Source: an uncultured Planctomycetia bacterium
Lineage (GTDB): Bacteria > Omnitrophota > Gorgyraeia > Duberdicusellales > 4484-171
Direction of reading: 5' to 3'
Assembly: GCA_964455085.1 (NCBI GenBank)
Contig: CAYVYJ010000007.1
Location: forward strand, 4,277-68,276
DNA: 64,000 bases
Under the pieces are notes generated by a model. The model did not search any database and was not told the DNA's origin. It saw nothing but the letters and a program-made list of their open reading frames with translations. Of this stretch, positions 42,694 to 51,917 are shown in pieces; positions within the stretch are counted from its first letter, which is position 1, and the number at the start of each line of letters is the position of its first letter. A program made the translations under genes and the position numbers.

Positions 42694-43818
42694 TTACAGG
42701 AAGGAACTGGAGACAGTATCGGCGAAACAAAAGCCCTTTTTGGTCAAATAAACCCCGGTTATTTGCTTATTCCTCCAGCGATATTTAAGCAGACCGCTGC
42801 CTAGAAGTTGGTCCAAAGCCTTATTTTCGAAATTGGGAAAGTCATAACCGGTACGCCGCTTAAACCACTCAAAATCTATACCCTGTTTAGTTCTCACCTT
42901 TATCGCGGCTAATTCCTTAGCCTGCCGCCGCCTGGATAATGACTCACTAAAGACAACCGGATTCTGGCCTTTATCTAAACGTTCGATATATTCCCAAACA
43001 TCAGAAACATTCCTCTCTCGCCTACCCTTAATAAAAGACACTGCTGTCGGCCCTAAGCCTAAATAAGGGTTACCCTGCCAATAATTCATATTATGCTGGG
43101 ATTGAAAGCCTGGTTGGGCAAAATTGGAGATTTCATAGTGTTCAAATCCCTGTTTGCTGAGATAATTAACAGCCCCCATATACATCTTAGCCAGAAGCGC
43201 ATCATCCAAGGGTGTGATAAACTTTCGCTTAATCTGCAAAAATAAAGGAGTATTTTTCTCATAAGTCAGGCAATAGGTTGATATATGGTTGATGCCTGAT
43301 GAAACTGCCTGGTTTAATTCAGACAGCCAATCAGCTAAAGTCTCGCCCTCTGCGCCGAAAATTAAATCAATCCCTAGATCCTTAAACCCGGCTCCTTTGG
43401 CTAGTTTAATTGCCTGCTTTGCTTTTTCTGAGTCATGAACTCGGCCTAACTTTTTTAACTTGGAATCAAAGAACGACTGAACACCTATGCTGATCCGGTT
43501 AACTCCCCCTTCAATAAATAACTTAAGCTTATCCTGATCAATACTTTCGGGGTTAACTTCAATGGTAAACTCACTGAGATTCCCTGATATTGATCTCAAA
43601 CTTCCTAATAATTTCTTCAAACTGGTTATACTTAAGATACTGGGAGTCCCTCCTCCGATATAAATACTGGAGAACTCACTATCTAAAGCCTTTATCTGTC
43701 CACAAAGGGCCCCAACATAAGAGGCGGCCAAGCTCTGATCATAGACCAAGCTATAAAAATCACAATAAGGGCATTTTTTGCGACAAAAAGGTATGTGGAT
43801 GTATAATGATTTTAACAT
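42694..43818 (-). CDS. hemW: Radical SAM heme chaperone HemW (HemN-like)
   Basis: It has the YIHIPFCRKKCPYCDF radical SAM motif. Confidence 0.88.
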   Translation of the reverse strand: MLKSLYIHIPFCRKKCPYCDFYSLVYDQSLAASYVGALCGQIKALDSEFSSIYIGGGTPSILSITSLKKLLGSLRSISGNLSEFTIEVNPESIDQDKLKLFIEGGVNRISIGVQSFFDSKLKKLGRVHDSEKAKQAIKLAKGAGFKDLGIDLIFGAEGETLADWLSELNQAVSSGINHISTYCLTYEKNTPLFLQIKRKFITPLDDALLAKMYMGAVNYLSKQGFEHYEISNFAQPGFQSQHNMNYWQGNPYLGLGPTAVSFIKGRRERNVSDVWEYIERLDKGQNPVVFSESLSRRRQAKELAAIKVRTKQGIDFEWFKRRTGYDFPNFENKALDQLLGSGLLKYRWRNKQITGVYLTKKGFCFADTVSSSFL

Positions 43819-45348
43819 TTACGGTTGCAGGGCATTAGATAACTTGTCTAAATTATAGTGTGCTTGGCTAAGAAAGGGGTTAATTCTTATGGCTTGCTTG
43901 TAAGCTGCTATTGCCTGATTATTCCTGCCGATACTGGCGTAAAGGCCGGCGAGATTATTATAAGCGACCGCATAATTAGGGCTGATCTCTATTGCTCTCC
44001 GGTAAGCGGCTATTGCTTTTTTAGTCTCACCTAAGGCACTATCGGCAATACCAAGATTATTATAGGCCCGGGCATAATCAGGATACAGGGCTATAGCCGT
44101 TTTGAATTCCTCAACCGCCTTTTGATAATTTCTCTCGGTAAGATATAAATAACCCATATTATTGTGGGTTCGGGGATTTTCAGGAGAAGCTTCCAGGCTT
44201 CTTATACAAAATGTGGCCTTATCCTGCCAGTCTTGATTCCTTAGGAATGTCCTCAGGGAGTAAGCGCCGATTATCAATACGATAAATATAGCCAGAGTAT
44301 TCCTCACTTTAGGAACGGAAAGGTATTTTTCAAAAACAAAAGCAGCAAAAATCGCCAGGGCGATTGAAGGAAGATAAAGATAACGTTCAGCCACAATCCA
44401 ACCGACCCTAAAGGGGCTAAAGCTGGGGACTAAGAAAAGTACAAATAAACCTAAGCCAAAGAAAAGTGGTTTTGCTTTTTTAAATAAGAACAGGGATAAA
44501 CCAGCGATTGCAAACAAAAACCCTACCTCAGGTGAGAAGAAATGTTCAACAACATACATCGGGTCGTGATAAAGTGAGAGTTTTACCGGCCAGAAGAGCA
44601 GTTTTGCATGCTCAAATAAAGAAAAAGCAATCTTAAAAAAAGGGTTTTTAATGTCTACAGAAGGGGGAATTGCCTGAAAAACATCTATATGGCGGATAAT
44701 TGCTGAACTCTTTACCAATATCCAGGATAAAATAATTAAAATGTAAGGCAGCCAGAGTTTCCAATTTCTACGCACTCTCTTATAAGTAAAATCATAAACT
44801 ATAATCATCCCGGGATAAAGCAGCATGTACCAGCCGACGCTAAAAGGATTACAAAACAGGATTGAAAATATATAAGGGATTTTTTTTAGTTTCTCCCCCG
44901 CGGTAGCCCGGTAATAGAGAAGAAAAGAACCTAGGATAAGTAACCCTGCGACTGGATAAGGCTTTCCGGAAATCCAGCTTACCGCTTCACTGTGTATCGG
45001 ATGGCTGGAAAATAAGAGTACTCCCAAAAAACTGGGCCAGAGGCTAAAAAAAGTTAACAAAAGATAGAAGACTAAAACTGAAACCGCACAATGGAGGGCA
45101 ATGCTGCTGATATGGTAAAGAGCAGGATTTAACCCGCCGATTTTATAGGTGATAAAATTAAGCAGGGCTGGCAAATCGCCGCTGGATGGCATCTCACCAA
45201 TATGAGGATTCTTCTCAATGGCCTCAACATCATCGGATATAAACTCCCCGCCGATTGAGTTAGCATATATCCCGATGCATAAAGCGATGATTATAAATAT
45301 AAACTTTGCCATTATTGTACTTCTGCCTCTGCGAAAATAGTATATCAC
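43819..45348 (-). CDS. Polytopic membrane protein with C-terminal TPR repeats (TMTC/PMT-like glycosyltransferase family-39-like)
   Basis: The 509-aa ORF has about 10 TM helices in its N-terminal half. Its C-terminus carries TPR units (AIAAYRRAIEISPNYAVAYNNLAGLY...). Confidence 0.6.
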   Translation of the reverse strand: MIYYFRRGRSTIMAKFIFIIIALCIGIYANSIGGEFISDDVEAIEKNPHIGEMPSSGDLPALLNFITYKIGGLNPALYHISSIALHCAVSVLVFYLLLTFFSLWPSFLGVLLFSSHPIHSEAVSWISGKPYPVAGLLILGSFLLYYRATAGEKLKKIPYIFSILFCNPFSVGWYMLLYPGMIIVYDFTYKRVRRNWKLWLPYILIILSWILVKSSAIIRHIDVFQAIPPSVDIKNPFFKIAFSLFEHAKLLFWPVKLSLYHDPMYVVEHFFSPEVGFLFAIAGLSLFLFKKAKPLFFGLGLFVLFLVPSFSPFRVGWIVAERYLYLPSIALAIFAAFVFEKYLSVPKVRNTLAIFIVLIIGAYSLRTFLRNQDWQDKATFCIRSLEASPENPRTHNNMGYLYLTERNYQKAVEEFKTAIALYPDYARAYNNLGIADSALGETKKAIAAYRRAIEISPNYAVAYNNLAGLYASIGRNNQAIAAYKQAIRINPFLSQAHYNLDKLSNALQP

Positions 45349-45371
45349 ATAATCAAAGCCAATTAAACTCC

Positions 45372-45400
45372 TTGCCGACTTAAATATTTTTATCTATAAT
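45372..45400 (+). promoter_or_regulatory. sigma70-like promoter: TTGCCG, 17 nt, TATAAT
   Basis: The hexamers are read directly. The -10 ends 11 nt before the ATG at 45412, which implies a very short or leaderless 5' UTR with no obvious Shine-Dalgarno. Confidence 0.5.
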
Positions 45401-45411
45401 TAACAATAACT

Positions 45412-46836
45412 ATGAGAGACCTTGAGCTTAAAAGATTAAAAAAGATAATCGAAGGCACCTTTTCGCTTTCCTTGAGTCAAAATCAATTGCGCGATCTGAC
45501 CCGGCTTATCTTTGAGATTGCCCGAAGAAAAAAGATCAGTCTCCAAGAAGTTATTGCTTATCTAAAACAAAATGTTCCCAGCCAAAGGCATCCCGGAAAG
45601 AATAAATTCCGGGCTTTAAAAAATACCCTGATCAAATATCGTTTTCCTAAAACAGCAAAATACGGCCGAATTGATAGTAAAAAAATATTTCTAAACAAAC
45701 TAAGGGAACCTTTAGCCGATAATTGGCAAGTAAAATCTAAGTTTAGACCCTTAAAAGTATTGGTAGAAAAGGGAGTCAAGAAGAGCCAGCTTTTAACTAA
45801 TTTTCAGAAAAAATTCCCCAATCTAGAAGTTCAGGAAATTGACTATTATAGCCGTTATTTAGCCAAGAATAAATTTAGGGTTGCTCAGTTAAAAAAACCT
45901 CTGGTATTTATCATAAAAGAAAGGGGTGATTTTATAAAAAGGTGCCCCTGCACTAGGGGACACTTAAGCTGCGGCTACTGGATATTCAATCTCGGCTTTG
46001 GCTGTCCCTTTGACTGCTCATATTGCTTTCTCCAGCAATACAGTAACTTTCCGGGAATAATTTTGCCGGCAAACATTGAGGACTTCTTTATTAGCTTTGA
46101 TAAATTTTACCGGAATCTAAAAAAACCGATAAGAATTGGAACCGGTGAGTTCTCTGACTCTTTAGCGCTTGATGATATAACTGAATACTCACAACTTCTA
46201 ATTCCCTACTTTGTAAAGAAAAACCTTCTCTTTGAGCTTAAGACAAAGAGCAGCAAAATCACTAACCTGCTTAAGTTAAAAATCTCATCTCCCAAGATTA
46301 TCATTTCTTGGTCATTAAGCCCGGAAATGATTATTGCCAGTGAGGAAAAAGGAACCGCCAGCTTAAGCGTGAGGCTGGAAGCAGCCAAAAAGATTCAAGG
46401 CGCCGGATTGGGAATCGGCTTTCACTTTGACCCGATTATTCATTGTGAAGGGTGGGAGAAACTATATGCTGAACTTATCGATAAGTTATACAGCTGCCTT
46501 TCGGGTCCTTTTGCCTGGATAAGTTTAGGTACTCTGCGTTGCCAACGCCAGCTAAAAACAATTGCCGAGTTGCGCTTCCCGCAAAGCGATATTTTTTACG
46601 GAGAGTTATTCTTAGGTAAAGACAAAAAGCTACGTTACCCTGGATTTATCAGGGATGAAATCTACCGAAAGATAATTAAGTGGATAAGAAACTTTGATCA
46701 GAAGACGCCGATTTATCTCTGCATGGAAGACGAATCAACCTGGACTAATCAAAGAGGATTAGTTTCAACTTCTGATGTCGCCAGCTCCCTTATTTCTTAC
46801 CGGGACAGGTCCCATATAAAAAAGCCAAACTGCTAA
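45412..46836 (+). CDS. Spore-photoproduct-lyase-family radical SAM protein with an N-terminal extension
   Basis: The 474-aa ORF has the CPFDCSYC (CxxxCxxC) motif preceded by CPCTRGHLSCGYW, as in SplB-like DNA photolyases. It is the only plus-strand gene in the window. Confidence 0.65.
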   Translation: MRDLELKRLKKIIEGTFSLSLSQNQLRDLTRLIFEIARRKKISLQEVIAYLKQNVPSQRHPGKNKFRALKNTLIKYRFPKTAKYGRIDSKKIFLNKLREPLADNWQVKSKFRPLKVLVEKGVKKSQLLTNFQKKFPNLEVQEIDYYSRYLAKNKFRVAQLKKPLVFIIKERGDFIKRCPCTRGHLSCGYWIFNLGFGCPFDCSYCFLQQYSNFPGIILPANIEDFFISFDKFYRNLKKPIRIGTGEFSDSLALDDITEYSQLLIPYFVKKNLLFELKTKSSKITNLLKLKISSPKIIISWSLSPEMIIASEEKGTASLSVRLEAAKKIQGAGLGIGFHFDPIIHCEGWEKLYAELIDKLYSCLSGPFAWISLGTLRCQRQLKTIAELRFPQSDIFYGELFLGKDKKLRYPGFIRDEIYRKIIKWIRNFDQKTPIYLCMEDESTWTNQRGLVSTSDVASSLISYRDRSHIKKPNC

Positions 46837-46960
46837 AGGATTTTTTAGCTAAATTTAAGATTTTTATTCAAAAAAGTGCTTTGAAAAAACAGCGTTTTTT
46901 TCCGAAATTTGCGAAAAAAAGCTAAGTCTGGTAAGGAAAATTTAAGTGGGACCTGTCCCG
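46801..46960. repeat. 13-bp perfect inverted repeat pair, CGGGACAGGTCCC at 46801-46813 and GGGACCTGTCCCG at 46948-46960, about 134 bp apart
   Basis: The repeats are read directly. They bracket the convergent intergenic region. The left copy lies inside the last codons of the SplB-like gene. Confidence 0.7.
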
Positions 46961-46968
46961 GATTGGAT

Positions 46969-48879
46969 TTAGTAGAGTTTTTCGATTTTAGTCTGGGGGA
47001 AGTAGTGGTTAATTATCTGATGATAATTATAACCATTGTTGGCCATACCCACAGCCCCATCCTGACACATACCGGTTCCGTGGCCAAATCCTGCTCCCCA
47101 TAAAAAAAGCATTGAAGACTCACCATTAGGCAATAATTTCCGCTCCAGCTTAAAAGCACTACTCCTTAAGTGGTCAAAATAATTTCTTATGGTTAAACTG
47201 TCACCTAAATCTCTACTTCCCCTTGAGGTAATGATTTCGATCTCTTTATAACGAAAACAATCCCCTCTCTTCTTGGGAAGAACCGCTTTTAAATCTTTGA
47301 TTTCATATCCGAAAGCAATCAAGAAATCTTCCCGGTCATAGACCCGTTGCCAGCGAAATTTACTGCGGCTGCTTTTGCGGCAAAAACTTATCTGGGGGCT
47401 ATCGAACCAACGTTCCTTGCTGTAGGCAGAATCGGGAAGCTCTAAATTAAGGGTATCGCGCTTATTGACCAGATGGTTACTGCGGCCAAAGACATCGGCC
47501 GCTAAGCATCCACCGCAATTAGCATGGAAAAGTGCTTCGATAGGATTATCTTGATAAACAATAATTTCACCCCTGGTATCTTTAATTGCCGCCAGTGTAG
47601 CTGGGGCCTCGGCTGATATCCCCTGATAAACCTGACAATGCACCTGGGGGCAAAAATCAAAACCTTCATTTTTATGCCGCCCTAAGTTCCTATAGCCAAA
47701 AGTTCGCGCTGCCACAGCCTGAGCCCTAAGTGCTTGGGGATGGGCCTTAGCCGAAACTTCGGCTGATAAAACTCCGTAGAGGTATTCTTCAATTGTTAAA
47801 CTATTAATTAGGTTCAAGGTTCCATTATTTATAACTACCTCCAAATCGCCGCGATAGGCCCGGTCAGCCTCGCTATGCCAAAAGTCCCCCTTACCAAAAA
47901 TAAGATCTAAGACGTAAAATGATGATTTTTTTCCTTGAGAATCTTGAGCAACGATTTTGAGCGGGCCGGTAAAAGTTGCGTATTTGCTTCCCCCTTCATA
48001 ATCTCTTAAGACTGCTTTTCCTTCGCTAACAATAAGGGTATAAAGCTTATTGGCCCGGGCTACGAAAGAGGCATCGTCACTGCTAATTAAGAATTTACTT
48101 CCACAAAGAAAAGAAAACTTATTTAAATCTCTGGCTAGACCAACTCTGACCAAGGGGATGTTTTCTTCCTGAAGGTAAGTAGCTAGTTTAACTTTTTTTC
48201 TTCTGGCTTGCTTTTTTTCCTTCTGAGCTCTAAAGAAATCATCACCTAAACTCTGCTTTGCGGCCTTGAACTTTTTCTGGATTACTCCAACCTGGGGATA
48301 AAAATTTATTGCCTTCGATAACAGCTTATAAGCATCCTGATTCGCGCCTTGTTCATAAAGACAGAGGCCTAGATAGTAATAAGCTAACCTTACACTGGAA
48401 TCAAATTTAATCAGGGCGGAAAAATACTGGGCAGCTTTTTTATGCTCGCCCCGCCTGCGGTAAATCTTTCCTAAACGAAAGTAAGCGATAGTATTGGGTT
48501 CTAACTTTAAGGATTTTGTGTAATTGGTTATTGCTAGATCCTCTTTGCCTAAATCCTCATAGATTAAACCGAGATAAAGAAAGTCCGGCCATTCTTTCTC
48601 CTTCAGGCTCTTAAAACTAGCCAAGGCTCCTCTGCTTCTCCCGCTGAGAAATTCCAACCTTCCCCGGTATTGCAGCAGGTGAGGATTCTTACTAAAAACT
48701 TTAGTCTTATTTAAAACATCGATGGCTTTAGCGTATTCCCCTGATTCTTTAAACAAGGTGGCAATATCCAAGTAATCTTCCAAGGCTAATTCTTTACTCT
48801 CAAAAGATAGAGGTTTTGCCAACGACTTCGGCGGAAGGAATAATAATCCCGAGATTAAGAACAAAATCAGAAATCGCAT
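46969..48879 (-). CDS. Secreted TPR protein with a C-terminal SpoIID/LytB domain
   Basis: The 636-aa ORF has a signal peptide and N-terminal TPRs. The C-terminus has a SpoIID-like pattern (YLYGVLSAEV...AQAVAARTF...HANCGG). Confidence 0.7.
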   Translation of the reverse strand: MRFLILFLISGLLFLPPKSLAKPLSFESKELALEDYLDIATLFKESGEYAKAIDVLNKTKVFSKNPHLLQYRGRLEFLSGRSRGALASFKSLKEKEWPDFLYLGLIYEDLGKEDLAITNYTKSLKLEPNTIAYFRLGKIYRRRGEHKKAAQYFSALIKFDSSVRLAYYYLGLCLYEQGANQDAYKLLSKAINFYPQVGVIQKKFKAAKQSLGDDFFRAQKEKKQARRKKVKLATYLQEENIPLVRVGLARDLNKFSFLCGSKFLISSDDASFVARANKLYTLIVSEGKAVLRDYEGGSKYATFTGPLKIVAQDSQGKKSSFYVLDLIFGKGDFWHSEADRAYRGDLEVVINNGTLNLINSLTIEEYLYGVLSAEVSAKAHPQALRAQAVAARTFGYRNLGRHKNEGFDFCPQVHCQVYQGISAEAPATLAAIKDTRGEIIVYQDNPIEALFHANCGGCLAADVFGRSNHLVNKRDTLNLELPDSAYSKERWFDSPQISFCRKSSRSKFRWQRVYDREDFLIAFGYEIKDLKAVLPKKRGDCFRYKEIEIITSRGSRDLGDSLTIRNYFDHLRSSAFKLERKLLPNGESSMLFLWGAGFGHGTGMCQDGAVGMANNGYNYHQIINHYFPQTKIEKLY

Positions 48880-48900
48880 AACTTTTTAAGAAAACAGTTT

Positions 48901-49725
48901 TTAAGCCGGGTGGGTAAGCTTTTGTTTCCCTACTATAGGGATTCCCCATCTTTTTGCTAAGGACAAAAACTTATCTTTCTCTAAAATGATTACCTTGCTA
49001 TCCTCCAGTACTAAGGCGGCTGCCCTGATACGCTTAAGAAGCTTTAAAGTAGAAATTCCTACCACCGGGACATCAAAACGTAAATCCTGATTGGCTTTAG
49101 CGAATTTCAATATAACGCAACCCTTACCAGCCAAGTTATAAGCGCGTTTGATGGTGTTATTAGTCCCCTCCAGAGATTCTAAGGCCACTACCCCTCTTCC
49201 TCTTACGCCTACAGTCTGCCCAACATCTAACTCTACGAACTTTGCTACTATATCTAAACCAAAATCAATATCTTTCACGGTTTCATTAGCTAAACTTAAG
49301 CCATTGATCACCCCGGGGGTGGCTAGATCACTTTTAAGATAAAGCGTAGAATCGATAAATTTGACTCCTGTATTCTCTAAATAGCTGATCATCTTCTCAA
49401 ATATAGTATGGGGACGGAAATCATCAGTATCACTCAATAAGGAAGTTAATTCTTGATCCCAGCAGCTCTTGCGGAAAATATATAAAGGGTTGATCTGGCC
49501 GGCCATGATAACTTGGCTAAGGCTCTCATCCTTTAAGGCTCGGCGCAAATCCGACAATGCCCCTACTGAGAGCCAATAACACTTATCAACATACTGATTA
49601 ATAGCCTTAAGGGTCTGTCCCTTAAAACAGAAGGCGATAACTTCACAACTCTTATCCTTTTCTTTGATTCTCTGGACAAGAATTAAAGGCAGGAGGCGAT
49701 TACCAGCAATAATTCCTAATCTCAT
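48901..49725 (-). CDS. lpxI: UDP-2,3-diacylglucosamine diphosphatase LpxI (DUF1009)
   Basis: The 274-aa ORF has an N-terminus (LGIIAGNRLLP) and overall pattern that match the LpxI family. It is adjacent to lpxA. Confidence 0.7.
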   Translation of the reverse strand: MRLGIIAGNRLLPLILVQRIKEKDKSCEVIAFCFKGQTLKAINQYVDKCYWLSVGALSDLRRALKDESLSQVIMAGQINPLYIFRKSCWDQELTSLLSDTDDFRPHTIFEKMISYLENTGVKFIDSTLYLKSDLATPGVINGLSLANETVKDIDFGLDIVAKFVELDVGQTVGVRGRGVVALESLEGTNNTIKRAYNLAGKGCVILKFAKANQDLRFDVPVVGISTLKLLKRIRAAALVLEDSKVIILEKDKFLSLAKRWGIPIVGKQKLTHPA

Positions 49726-50504
49726 TTACTCAAGCCTCTCTTCGAGGAAGAAATGAAGTCAAAAAGATTTTCTAACTCTTTAGAAGGCGGTAAGCTCTTG
49801 CGAACCAATTCTCTACTTTTGGCCAAGGAATGGTTGTCAAAAAAGATTATTTTGAAGGCTTTCTTTAATTCCTTGATTCGAGAAGATGAAAACTTTGCTC
49901 GTCTTAATCCTACTAAATTAAGTCCACAAATCACCGCAGGATGGCCGTCACACATTGAGTAAGGCGGGATATCCTGGACGACTTTCGAACAACCCCCGAT
50001 TATCGAAAAATCACCTAAACGGCAGAATTGATGTATTGCCACCAATCCTCCGATAACCACCTTATTGCCGATTCTTACATAACCGGCCAGGGTGGCAACA
50101 TTAGCTAAAACATTACCGTCGCCAATCTTACAGTCATGGGCAATATGCGAGTAAGCCATGATCAGATTATTATTACCAATAATTGTCTTAGTGTCTTTAT
50201 CAGTCCCGGGATTAATAGTAACAAACTCTCTTATCCGGTTGTTATCGCCAATAATCAGAAAACTTCTCTCACCCTTATATTTCAAATCTTGGGGTATATT
50301 TCCCACTACCGCATAAGGGAAGATATGACAGGATTGGCCCACCTCGGTATAGCCTAAAACCTGGGCAAAAGAGTCAATAAGACAACCAGCACCAATCTTG
50401 ACATTCTCTCCAATTACCGCATAGGGGCCGATTTTTACATTTTTGCCTAACTCGGCCTTGGGGCTAACTATAGCTTTGGGATCAATTTGAACAGACACGC
50501 TCAC
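49722..50504 (-). CDS. lpxA: Acyl-ACP--UDP-N-acetylglucosamine O-acyltransferase
   Basis: It has a hexapeptide-repeat LbetaH fold and HIAHDCKIGD. Confidence 0.92.
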   Translation of the reverse strand: MSVSVQIDPKAIVSPKAELGKNVKIGPYAVIGENVKIGAGCLIDSFAQVLGYTEVGQSCHIFPYAVVGNIPQDLKYKGERSFLIIGDNNRIREFVTINPGTDKDTKTIIGNNNLIMAYSHIAHDCKIGDGNVLANVATLAGYVRIGNKVVIGGLVAIHQFCRLGDFSIIGGCSKVVQDIPPYSMCDGHPAVICGLNLVGLRRAKFSSSRIKELKKAFKIIFFDNHSLAKSRELVRKSLPPSKELENLFDFISSSKRGLSK

Positions 50505-50597
50505 CTCGGGTATTTGCTGTGTTTAAAACACCTGCCAATTCTTGGTAATTATATCAAAAAAGTAAAGGTGAGGCAATATAAAGTCAAGGAAGGTTAT

Positions 50598-51917
50598 TTA
50601 AGCTTTAACCAGGGCAAACATAAGTTCAGCCTCGGCAACCACCTTTTCATTAACAAAAGCCTTGGTGATAACTGATCCGGTCTTACTTCTTATTTTTCCG
50701 GAAACAACCTCTATAACTAGCTGGTCGCCCGGGACAACGGTTTTTCTAAATTTAATATTGTTGGCAGCCATAAAATAGGCCAATTTGCCCTTATGTTCTT
50801 CACAGGCCAGCATAAGCACTCCACCAACCTGTGCCATTGCTTCCACGATTAAAACACCAGGCATAATCGGTTTGCCGGGAAAATGCCCCTGGAAAAAATA
50901 CTCATTCATAGTAACACTCTTTATCCCCACTGCTTTCTTGCCCTTTTCAAGATAAACTATTCTATCTACCAAGAGAAAAGGATATCGATGAGGTAATATC
51001 TGCATTATCTCTTCAGTATTAAGCTCTGGTTTTTCGGGGATATAAAAAGTTTGAGACCCTATTCCGGCGCTCCGAGATCTTTCTTGGTATTTACGCAGTT
51101 TCTCCAATAATCTTATATTCAAAGAGTGTCCGCCTCTTACGGCAATTATATGCCCTCTAACCGGACCGGCCAAATATAAGTCGCCGATTAAATCCAAAAT
51201 TTTATGCTTAACAAACTCATCTTCAAGCCGCAATTCATTATCAAGAATCTTCTTATCCGACACAACCAAAGTATTCTTATAGTTGGCTCCTTTTCCTAAC
51301 CCCATGTTTAACAATGATTTAACCTCAGTATCTAAACAAAAGGTTCGGGCTTCGTAAAGATCCTCCTTTAAATCGCCGTTAATGGTTATATCAATGTAAC
51401 CGGCGCCAACTATCGGATTATCATAACTTAAAACATAAGAGATGCGCAGGCTATGATAAGGCAAAGCTACGATACTAGCCGAATCTTCCTCAACCCATAA
51501 AGGTTCTCTTATTATTAAACGGTTTCGTGTTGATTCCTGCTCCTGCCAGCCAACTTTTCTTATCCCCTCCACAAAATCTTTAGCGCTTCCGTCTAAACCA
51601 GGGACTTCGTCACCCCAAATATTTACCTGCAGATTATCAATACCCAAAAGATGTAAAGCTGCCATCAGATGCTCAACAGTATGAACATATACACCACCTG
51701 CACCAATAGAGGTGCGCCGCGGGAATTGCTCAGGATCTAGGACAGAATAAGAGTTTGCCTTAACTAAAGAAGAAGCTTTGATATCCTTCCTCAAAAAAGT
51801 TATTCCCGAATCTACCGGTGCCGGAAGAAGTTCCAGCTTAGTCTCTTTTCCGGCATGCAGCCCAATGCCTTCTAATGATATTTTACCTTTAATTGTTCTT
51901 TGTTTATCGGCCTTCAT
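50598..51917 (-). CDS. lpxC: Bifunctional UDP-3-O-acyl-GlcNAc deacetylase / 3-hydroxyacyl-ACP dehydratase (LpxC-FabZ fusion)
   Basis: The N-terminal 280 aa are LpxC-like (GIGLHAGKET, HTVEHLMAAL). The C-terminal 150 aa form a FabZ hotdog domain (LPHRYPFLLVDRI...FFQGHFPGKPIMPGVLIVEAMAQ). Confidence 0.9.
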   Translation of the reverse strand: MKADKQRTIKGKISLEGIGLHAGKETKLELLPAPVDSGITFLRKDIKASSLVKANSYSVLDPEQFPRRTSIGAGGVYVHTVEHLMAALHLLGIDNLQVNIWGDEVPGLDGSAKDFVEGIRKVGWQEQESTRNRLIIREPLWVEEDSASIVALPYHSLRISYVLSYDNPIVGAGYIDITINGDLKEDLYEARTFCLDTEVKSLLNMGLGKGANYKNTLVVSDKKILDNELRLEDEFVKHKILDLIGDLYLAGPVRGHIIAVRGGHSLNIRLLEKLRKYQERSRSAGIGSQTFYIPEKPELNTEEIMQILPHRYPFLLVDRIVYLEKGKKAVGIKSVTMNEYFFQGHFPGKPIMPGVLIVEAMAQVGGVLMLACEEHKGKLAYFMAANNIKFRKTVVPGDQLVIEVVSGKIRSKTGSVITKAFVNEKVVAEAELMFALVKA

